The position numbers and the translations under genes were made by a program. 38,649 nucleotides of DNA, from contig CAMHMW010000001.1 in NCBI GenBank assembly GCA_946186335.1, positions 1-38,649 on the forward strand, read 5' to 3'. Below, piece after piece: positions 1-7,046 of the stretch (the stretch's first letter is position 1; every line of letters starts with the position of its first letter). The stretch comes from an uncultured Candidatus Melainabacteria bacterium. GTDB lineage: Bacteria > Cyanobacteriota > Vampirovibrionia > Gastranaerophilales > Gastranaerophilaceae. The notes below the pieces were generated by a model. It searched no databases, was not told where the DNA came from, and saw nothing but the letters and a program-made list of their open reading frames with translations.

Positions 1-2
1 TT

Positions 3-3000
3 GCCGGATATGATGCAGCTCCGATAGGTGCTCCTCATGCGGAAGCTCCCGGTTCCGGCTTCATTGATAAGGTCAGAAAAATGTTCGGCGGGCAGAAAAC
101 TCCCGAGCAGATTTTAAATTCCACAAAACTTGAGGATCAGGTGAAAACCCTCAGTGTTCTCAAAAATCCTGACGGAACTCAAATGTATTCTGAGGCAGAA
201 CTAAAACAGGCACTGATACTTGCAAATAGCAACAATATACCGATAACATCAAAGGATTTATTTGCTATAGCAACAAGCGGTATGCCGAAAAAGGATGTTT
301 TATACACAATAAGCCACATATTTGATCATGACAGTCTTGCAATAACGAGAAAAATGACAAATTCTGACGGAATTATACTGAACGGTTCGGATTTGGTTCG
401 CTCAGGTTCCGTTTATAAATTTACTGCAATGGATATTCAGGAAGTCAGGATGTCTGTTTTAAATTCAAAAAATTCCGCAGAAACACTGAATTTCTTTAAT
501 GATTTAATAGATAACAGATTTAATACTCCGCTGAACAAGCAATTCGTTCAGTTACATGCAACACTGACCGGCGGCAGAACCCCCGATTCGGACGGTGATT
601 TGTTAAACTGGCTTTTGAAAAATGTTCAGGAACCCCAAAACAGAGAATCATTGATTAAAGGTTTAATCGCTTCAAAAAATGACGGCACGCCGATTATCCA
701 TTCTACAGTTTCGGAAACTTCCGTATCGGAAGCAGAATTGAGAGAAGCACCCGGCGGTGCATTTACTGACAGGTTGAAGAAAATATTTTCATCCGAATCA
801 GAAACAGAAAGATTATTAAAATCTACAAATACGGAAGACAAAGTTCGTATCCTGAGTGGAATACAAAAATCTGGAGATGCTGCTAAATTGTCGGAAGCCG
901 AGATTCGTGAAATATTGCAGTCAACTGATGTTGAAATTCCGACAAAAACATTGTATGCACTAATTTCTACTGATTACAAAGGCTACGGTTTTGCAGATAA
1001 TTTGAAAAGCATTATGTCTAATATAAAAACAGAGGACGATGCTCAATTAATTGCTGCTCTTGTCAAGGCTGATAAAGTTACTGTTAACGGCGGACAAATT
1101 ATTGCACCGGAGCAGAATTTAGATTTGCCTCAATTGTCTGTGGTACTTGAACATAAACATGAATCAGGCATAACAAATTATAATAAATTTATATCTGATT
1201 TGTTAGAAAACGGATGTTCTGAACCAAAGGATGTCGGCTTGTCTGATATTGGTAAAGATGGTCCGTTGACATTATGGGATGTGACTGCTGCCGTAAATAA
1301 TGATGAGCAAAAAGATGCATTGATTAATGTATTAAAATTTTATAATGCTAATTCCGGCGGCACAATACCCATGAAAAGTTTTGTTAACCCGACATTCGAT
1401 ATCCCCGCAAAAATTGATACAGATTTAAAATTTCAGGCATACAATTTACTTTTTGACGGTGGAAGTAACCGTTACAGTGCAGGTACTATGAATGAAATTA
1501 TTCCGCTGATAAAATCTGAGGCAGATTTACAAAATCTGAGAACGGCATTAAGTATAAAAGGTCTAGATGCAAAAACTGTTGTCGATACCGTAAAAAGCGG
1601 CGATGCTAATCCTGCCGTATTAAAAGCAAAGGTAAAAACATTACAGGGATTTGGTGCAGCCGAAGTAGATGAGTTGTGTGCAGTATATAATTTTGAACAC
1701 AGAGAAGCGGCTGTAAATCTTCTCCTGTTAAAATCATCAAGTCCTCACAGATATGACAAATTGGTTGAAAGCGGTTTGTTAGATTTAATTAAAGCAGGTA
1801 AGGTAAACGAAAACATATTAAAAAATATTGACAGAGATACCTTTCTCTCTAACAGAACATTAAAAGATATAAGAAAAATTCGCGATGGAGAATCACTGAT
1901 TAAAACACTGGATAAACCTGATGATTTGGTAAATATTTCTAAATTTGTTGAAAACGGAGATGTTTGTGAGTTTAACGGTAAATTATACGTAAATGACAGT
2001 GGCAAAGCGGTCGAAATAAAATTATCGAAAGAAAAATTCGAAGAATTATTCCCGCCTCTTACAAGAGTATCTTTTGAACAGAAAGGACTGGGTAACTGCT
2101 GGTTTGTATCTGTACTTGACAATTTGATGGATGCCCCGAAAGGTCGGGTTGAAGTATATAAGATGTTTGAACAGCAAGGAAATGACATTATTGTCAGATT
2201 CCCTGACAGTAAAGATGTCGTAAAATTTAAAAATGGAGAAGTTCTTGATGCTCACGGATACCAAATAGGAAACATTCAAGGTATATCAACAGATGCTTCT
2301 TCAAAAGGTATTTTGATGGTAGAACAGGCAACATCCGTTCACAGATTACAGGCAAAATCAAGAGGTTATAATCCTGAAACAGCAACAGTCAACGAAATCG
2401 GAGAATATGCCGCACAATATACGGATGTTGCGGTAATGATGGATAAAGCCGCAAGCGGCTGGCAGGGAAAAGCGCTTGAAGAAATCTTGGGTTCTGCATA
2501 TCCCGTAACAGGTATCAGCAGAATGGAAAAATACGGAACGGTCAGAATGCGTCAGGCAATAATTGAAAATTCAGCTAATCCCGACAAAATTCTTTATATG
2601 GGTACACGTGCAGATTTAACAACTGAAATTGAGGGTGAACTTTCTGTTGAATATGATTTATACTCCGGTCATGCCTATGCAATAAAAGGATATAACCCTG
2701 ATACAGATATGGTATATATTACAAATCCGTGGCATACATCCGTGGTAACAGAAATTCCAATGGATGAATTATTAAAATATATGGATAGTATAAATATTGC
2801 ACATATGGATAAAAATATGCCGTCAACTAATATGAGGAGTGCTGAGGCACCCGATGTACTGCCTCAGTCATCAGGAGGTTTCTTCAACAGAATGTTTGGT
2901 AGCAAAAATGAGCCCGATGTTTCTCATATCCAAAATAAAAACGTAAGAGGTAAGCTTACAACAAATCCAAATAAGTTGAACGCTTCTCCTGATTTGAGAG

Positions 3001-4529
3001 AAGGAACACATTTTGACCTGAAAATTAATGATAGAATAATGAACGGTGCTAATCTTGAGGGGTCACTTGTTAAAACACTAACTTCCCCCGCTCAGTTGAA
3101 TAACATTTCACGATTTGTCAAAAACGGAGAAGTATGTTCTGTCGGAAACAAGTTATATGTGAATCATGGTGGTACGCCTGTTGAATTAAAAATATCCAGA
3201 CAAAAATTTGAACAATTATTCCCGTCAGAGTTAAGCCTTAACATGACAGAACAGATGATCGGAACGGATATTTGCTGGATTGCTTCAAAAATAAATGCAA
3301 TGGTAAGTACACCACAAGGGCGGGCTCAGTTATATGAAATGCTTGAGGAATTACCAAATGGCGGAGTTACTGTTCATTTAAAAGCCGGAACGGTAAAAGA
3401 TGTAGAATTTCCTGACGGATTCCCGTTACCGGTTTCAGAGGCATCACTGGGCAATAATGCGGCTCTGGGTTTGAGTATGATTTTGCAGTCTGTTCTTGCT
3501 ACAACAAAACCGACAACAGTTGCGGCTACAAAAAATGTTGACATAAGAAGATTTAGACAGTTACAGCCCGGTCAAACTATGAATGACTTTGATATGCATG
3601 ACCTTGTTACCAATGCCTGCAGTATGGTATTTAACTCAAAATCGGCATTGAGTGCTTTGGGTAATTCTTCTAAACATCGTGACTATGTGTCAGGAGCGGA
3701 TATTCGTGCTGCAATAGAAAACTTCGTAAACGGGCGAGACAGAGCTACCGTTATTTGGAGCAGTCATGAAAAATCAATAGTGGCTTATGACAGAGCAAAG
3801 GGAACTGTTACATATCATGACCCTTATAATGGCGGAGTTGATGTCGAATGTTCATTGGATGATTTTGTAAATAATGCGGAAACGCTAATCGTATTTCCAA
3901 AACCCGAGCCTGCGCCTCAGGTGGTACACCCAACCGAAACAACCGTAAGAACAGATACTTTCATTCAGGAGAATACCCCGCAAAACATAATCAGTGCAAA
4001 TCGCTCTGTTGTTATTGACAGAATATACAGCGGAGATGTTCAGGCAACCGTTACTGCTGAAGGTAAAGTTTTGGTCACACTGGGTGACGGTCGTGAAATG
4101 CTTATTGACGTTCCGGCAGGTGGTTCTAAAAAAATATCAAATCATATAACTTTGTATAACGACAACGGAGTTATAACATTTGAAAATACCAAACAAACAT
4201 CATCTGTAAGAACCGCGGACAGAACAGAACAAGTTCATAACAGGGCGCACATCAGAGAGCATGTTACCCCTCAACAATTTGAACCGAAAAGGACATCACT
4301 TACTCATGAATGGCGTTCTGTTGCCCAAACGGCTGAAGGAAGTGACATACTTGCCAAATATAATCCTGTGGAAATGTCGGTAACAATTTCCAAAAACGGA
4401 AAGAACTATAATATTCCGTTGACAAAAGGTGAAAGTATTCCTGTTCACGAACAAAGTACAGGTCTGTACCTTATAGTAAAAATGGATAAATACGGTATAG
4501 TATCCATAACAACAAGTGAAACTCCATAA
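3..4529 (+). CDS. Very large modular protein, 5'-truncated by the window edge: N-terminal helical repeats, two calpain-like (papain-fold, C2-type) cysteine-protease cores, two C-terminal beta-rich modules
   Basis: The ORF track gives 81..4529 (1482 aa). The same frame is open from nt 3 to 80 (AGYDAAPIGAPHAEAPGSGFIDKVRK), so the ATG at 81 is probably internal. Calpain-type active-site blocks occur twice (see sub-features). There are no in-frame stops, and a strong partner ORF lies downstream. Confidence 0.75.
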   Translation, partial: AGYDAAPIGAPHAEAPGSGFIDKVRKMFGGQKTPEQILNSTKLEDQVKTLSVLKNPDGTQMYSEAELKQALILANSNNIPITSKDLFAIATSGMPKKDVLYTISHIFDHDSLAITRKMTNSDGIILNGSDLVRSGSVYKFTAMDIQEVRMSVLNSKNSAETLNFFNDLIDNRFNTPLNKQFVQLHATLTGGRTPDSDGDLLNWLLKNVQEPQNRESLIKGLIASKNDGTPIIHSTVSETSVSEAELREAPGGAFTDRLKKIFSSESETERLLKSTNTEDKVRILSGIQKSGDAAKLSEAEIREILQSTDVEIPTKTLYALISTDYKGYGFADNLKSIMSNIKTEDDAQLIAALVKADKVTVNGGQIIAPEQNLDLPQLSVVLEHKHESGITNYNKFISDLLENGCSEPKDVGLSDIGKDGPLTLWDVTAAVNNDEQKDALINVLKFYNANSGGTIPMKSFVNPTFDIPAKIDTDLKFQAYNLLFDGGSNRYSAGTMNEIIPLIKSEADLQNLRTALSIKGLDAKTVVDTVKSGDANPAVLKAKVKTLQGFGAAEVDELCAVYNFEHREAAVNLLLLKSSSPHRYDKLVESGLLDLIKAGKVNENILKNIDRDTFLSNRTLKDIRKIRDGESLIKTLDKPDDLVNISKFVENGDVCEFNGKLYVNDSGKAVEIKLSKEKFEELFPPLTRVSFEQKGLGNCWFVSVLDNLMDAPKGRVEVYKMFEQQGNDIIVRFPDSKDVVKFKNGEVLDAHGYQIGNIQGISTDASSKGILMVEQATSVHRLQAKSRGYNPETATVNEIGEYAAQYTDVAVMMDKAASGWQGKALEEILGSAYPVTGISRMEKYGTVRMRQAIIENSANPDKILYMGTRADLTTEIEGELSVEYDLYSGHAYAIKGYNPDTDMVYITNPWHTSVVTEIPMDELLKYMDSINIAHMDKNMPSTNMRSAEAPDVLPQSSGGFFNRMFGSKNEPDVSHIQNKNVRGKLTTNPNKLNASPDLREGTHFDLKINDRIMNGANLEGSLVKTLTSPAQLNNISRFVKNGEVCSVGNKLYVNHGGTPVELKISRQKFEQLFPSELSLNMTEQMIGTDICWIASKINAMVSTPQGRAQLYEMLEELPNGGVTVHLKAGTVKDVEFPDGFPLPVSEASLGNNAALGLSMILQSVLATTKPTTVAATKNVDIRRFRQLQPGQTMNDFDMHDLVTNACSMVFNSKSALSALGNSSKHRDYVSGADIRAAIENFVNGRDRATVIWSSHEKSIVAYDRAKGTVTYHDPYNGGVDVECSLDDFVNNAETLIVFPKPEPAPQVVHPTETTVRTDTFIQENTPQNIISANRSVVIDRIYSGDVQATVTAEGKVLVTLGDGREMLIDVPAGGSKKISNHITLYNDNGVITFENTKQTSSVRTADRTEQVHNRAHIREHVTPQQFEPKRTSLTHEWRSVAQTAEGSDILAKYNPVEMSVTISKNGKNYNIPLTKGESIPVHEQSTGLYLIVKMDKYGIVSITTSETP
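42..92 (+). repeat. Linker motif copy 1 (EAPGSGFIDKVRKMFGG)
   Basis: Translation of nt 42-92 in the frame of the giant ORF. It shares E-A-P-G-x-x-F-x-D-[KR]-x-[KR]-K-[IM]-F with copy 2. Confidence 0.7.
744..794 (+). repeat. Linker motif copy 2 (EAPGGAFTDRLKKIFSS)
   Basis: Direct translation. It sits immediately before the second N-terminal helical repeat unit. Confidence 0.7.
1896..2056 (+). repeat. Pre-protease module, copy 1 (intragenic duplication)
   Basis: LIKTLDKPDDLVNISKFVENGDVCEFNGKLYVNDSGKAVEIKLSKEKFEELFPP aligns without gaps to copy 2. Confidence 0.8.
2070..2790 (+). other. Calpain-like protease core 1 with an intact Cys-His-Asn triad
   Basis: EQKGLGNCWFVSVLDNL (Cys codon 2097-2099), YSGHAYAIKGY (His 2670-2672) and YITNPWHT (Asn 2724-2726) match the calpain blocks QGxLGDCW / GHAYS / RNPWG in the correct order and approximate spacing. 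Confidence 0.65.
2844..2903 (+). repeat. Linker motif copy 3 (EAPDVLPQSSGGFFNRMFGS)
   Basis: Direct translation. This looser copy lies between the end of protease core 1 and the second pre-protease module. Confidence 0.55.
3066..3226 (+). repeat. Pre-protease module, copy 2 (intragenic duplication)
   Basis: LVKTLTSPAQLNNISRFVKNGEVCSVGNKLYVNHGGTPVELKISRQKFEQLFPS. About half the residues are identical to copy 1, and nucleotide similarity is also visible. Confidence 0.8.
3246..3870 (+). other. Calpain-like protease core 2, a divergent variant with Cys-His-Asp
   Basis: IGTDICWIASK (Cys 3273-3275), WSSHEKSIVAY (His 3765-3767) and TYHDPYNGG (Asp 3819-3821). The His-to-Asx distance is 18 residues, identical to core 1. 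The core follows the same upstream module as core 1. Confidence 0.45.
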
Positions 4530-4537
4530 ATTTTATG

Positions 4538-4566
4538 TTGATAAAAATGTAAAAATAATGTAAAAT
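4538..4566 (+). promoter_or_regulatory. Candidate sigma70-type promoter, TTGATA-N17-TAAAAT
   Basis: TTGATA at 4538-4543, a 17-nt spacer and TAAAAT at 4561-4566. It lies 9 nt after the giant ORF's stop and 21 nt before the ATG at 4588. Confidence 0.45.
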
Positions 4567-4587
4567 GCAAATACAAAGAGGTTTAAT

Positions 4588-4935
4588 ATGGTTCCGAAAA
4601 TGAGTAATGAAAATCATTTAACAAAATATTTTAACAGATTACAGGCACAAATAGAACAGGCACAAAAAGATAATTTGCCGATAGAGCCTTATGTAAAAAA
4701 ACAGATACAGGTATTGCAGGAAGCCCACGATGAATTTGTTCTGGCAGCCCAAAAGGAAGGTATGGATATGGCAGATCCGCATGTGGGCGAAATTGAGGTT
4801 CAGCAATATACCCTGATGAAAGATTTGGCAACAAAAATTGGTATGTCACCCGAAAAGTACGACAAATTAATAAAAGATGTTCAGATACGTATTTTTGGGG
4901 AAGAAAATTATAAAAGATTTTTTGAAGGGAAGTAA
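4588..4935 (+). CDS. Hypothetical small helical protein (115 aa)
   Basis: SD AAAGAGG lies 6 nt upstream of the ATG. Composition is Lys/Glu/Gln-rich and helical-looking. I recognise no motif. Confidence 0.7.
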   Translation: MVPKMSNENHLTKYFNRLQAQIEQAQKDNLPIEPYVKKQIQVLQEAHDEFVLAAQKEGMDMADPHVGEIEVQQYTLMKDLATKIGMSPEKYDKLIKDVQIRIFGEENYKRFFEGK

Positions 4936-5033
4936 TTCTCTCTTTTTTTTACTGAATGTGAAGTATTTTTATATTTTATAAAAATATGCTAAAATAATCC
5001 TGAACTTTGTATTAAATAAGATGAGGACAAACT

Positions 5034-5999
5034 ATGAACGCATTATGGCAACACATTCAGGATATTTTGGGGCTCCCCGCTTTTTTAATAAATCAGTGTA
5101 ATTTTTTACCTGATTACGTTAAATTTGCGATTATTACATGTATAAGTTTTATACCGTGGTTGTATTTCCTATATTATGTAATTGAACTGATTGAAAGATT
5201 TGTTCTAAAACACATAAATACTTTCCTGAAATTAGCAAGAAGAGTCGGAGTATTTTTCGGTGCCGCAATATCTGTTATTCCCGAATCAGGTTATCAGGTT
5301 ATGGCAAGTACGTTTTATTCAAGAAAAATGATTTCAAAAGGTACTTTGCTGGCATTCTTTATTTCATGTTCCGATGATGCCCTGCCGCTTTTGTGTATGG
5401 ATTTCAGCAAGGCTCCGGTTATTATTCCGATTGTAATTGTTAAGACGGTTGTTGCTATTGTGGTTGGTGTTGTTGTTGATTTGATTTTCGTATTTAATAC
5501 AAAAATTGAAAATTCAAATCCTGTCAATCTTGATTTGAATGAACCCGCATGCTGCGACCATAAACTTATGACACAGCAGGTTCCGCCGTATTGGTGGATG
5601 CACCCGCTTATTCACACCTTTAATGTATTTTTGTTTGCAACTTTTGCTTTGATATTCTTTGAATTTTGTATTGCAAAGGGTTTTGGCAGTCAGGGTGCTA
5701 TGGCACAGGCAATGTTTATAGATTCTCCGATACAGGTTATAGGAGGTGCGTTGTTTGGTTTAATACCGAACAGTTTGACCTCAATATTCCTTGCTATTGC
5801 TTATTATAAAGGGTTAATAAGTATCCCGACACTGATTGCAGGTCTTATTTCAACAACAGGTTTGGGTCTGAATGCTTTGAGCAAATACAATAAAAATAAT
5901 ACCGATAATTCGTTTATCACGATAGTTCTTTTTGTAACGGCTGTCGTTACGGGCTTGCTGGCATATTATAATATGTTATGGCTTGGTATCGGAGGTTAA
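5034..5999 (+). CDS. Polytopic (about 10-TM) permease, paralogue 1; tentatively ArsP_2-type putative heavy-metal exporter family, 'Ser' variant
   Basis: SD GAGGA lies 6 nt upstream. There are about 9-10 hydrophobic segments and a central loop NEPACCDH. Motifs IPESGYQVMAS and GLIPNSLTS are shared with the downstream paralogue. Confidence 0.55.
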   Translation: MNALWQHIQDILGLPAFLINQCNFLPDYVKFAIITCISFIPWLYFLYYVIELIERFVLKHINTFLKLARRVGVFFGAAISVIPESGYQVMASTFYSRKMISKGTLLAFFISCSDDALPLLCMDFSKAPVIIPIVIVKTVVAIVVGVVVDLIFVFNTKIENSNPVNLDLNEPACCDHKLMTQQVPPYWWMHPLIHTFNVFLFATFALIFFEFCIAKGFGSQGAMAQAMFIDSPIQVIGGALFGLIPNSLTSIFLAIAYYKGLISIPTLIAGLISTTGLGLNALSKYNKNNTDNSFITIVLFVTAVVTGLLAYYNMLWLGIGG

Positions 6000-6006
6000 C
6001 GGACTA

Positions 6007-7032
6007 ATGGCGGCAATTCTGCATTTTCTGGTAACGACATTTCATTATCTGACAAATCTGCCGGAGCATTTAATTGAACCTATAGAATGGATGCCGGAGT
6101 TCTTGAAAGATGCGTGTATAGACAGCCTTAATCTTGTTCCGTTACTGTTCATAATTTTTGTAATACTTGAAATTATTGAGCACTATTTTGCAAAGAAAAA
6201 ACATTTAATAGTGTTCTGGATGAAGAAGATAGGTCCTTTATTCGGCAGTTTATTTGCATCTTTGCCCCAGTGCGGGTTTTCGGTAATTGCAAGCACGCTG
6301 TACGTTCGCAGAATACTCAGCAGAGGTACAATTCTTGCGGTGTATTTGGCAACCTCCGATGAGGCAATTCCCGTTATTATGGCGGAGCCGTCAAAGGGTT
6401 ATCTGATTTTGCCGATAATTTTGGTAAAAATATTTATAGCGGTAATTGTGGGTTATCTTGTGGATTTATTTATTGGGTATGAGGCAAAAGAGCCTGCCCC
6501 CTTGCATAAAGAACCCGAGCCTGAACATGAACACAAGCACGGCGAAGATTGTTGTGATTGTACTCATCATCCGAAAAGACTTCGTGATGCTATCAGGACA
6601 AAAGGTTTTTGGGTTCATCCCGTTAAACATACGGTAAATATTTTTGTATTCATTTTAATTATTTCCATAGCGTTGAGTTATTTTATGGAAGTTGTCGGAA
6701 CGGAAGAAAATCTTGCCAAATACTGTCTGATAAATTCTCCTATACAGCCGTTTTTGGTTTCATTGTTGGGTTTAATACCTAATTGTGCGGTTTCTGTCGG
6801 GATGACACTTTTATTTCTGAAACATACAATAAGTTTCGGGTCTTTGATAGCGGGCTTGTCCACTTCGGGCGGACTAGGACTTTTGATATTGTTTACCAAG
6901 AATAACGATAAAAAAGATACCGCAATAATTATAGGTATTTTGGTTGCGGTAAGTACGTCAGTCGGTCTTATATTACAATACAATGTGTTTGGTATAAATA
7001 AAATATTTTCTGTATTTGGTTTGGATTTATAA
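6007..7032 (+). CDS. Polytopic (about 10-TM) permease, paralogue 2; Cys-containing variant with a His/Cys-rich loop
   Basis: The track start at 5983 is a TTG overlapping the upstream gene. The ATG at 6007 follows GGAGG (5991-5995). Motifs are LPQCGFSVIAS and GLIPNCAVS, with loop EPEPEHEHKHGEDCCDCTHHP (6511-6573). It is collinear with paralogue 1. Confidence 0.55.
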   Translation: MAAILHFLVTTFHYLTNLPEHLIEPIEWMPEFLKDACIDSLNLVPLLFIIFVILEIIEHYFAKKKHLIVFWMKKIGPLFGSLFASLPQCGFSVIASTLYVRRILSRGTILAVYLATSDEAIPVIMAEPSKGYLILPIILVKIFIAVIVGYLVDLFIGYEAKEPAPLHKEPEPEHEHKHGEDCCDCTHHPKRLRDAIRTKGFWVHPVKHTVNIFVFILIISIALSYFMEVVGTEENLAKYCLINSPIQPFLVSLLGLIPNCAVSVGMTLLFLKHTISFGSLIAGLSTSGGLGLLILFTKNNDKKDTAIIIGILVAVSTSVGLILQYNVFGINKIFSVFGLDL

Positions 7033-7046
7033 TATAAGGATGATAC

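Noticed and set aside
626-2279. Three minus-strand ORFs (626-841, 1745-2188, 2046-2279) inside the giant gene
   Set aside because: They are antisense to a frame with recognisable calpain motifs and internal repeats. They overlap one another and have no translation signals.
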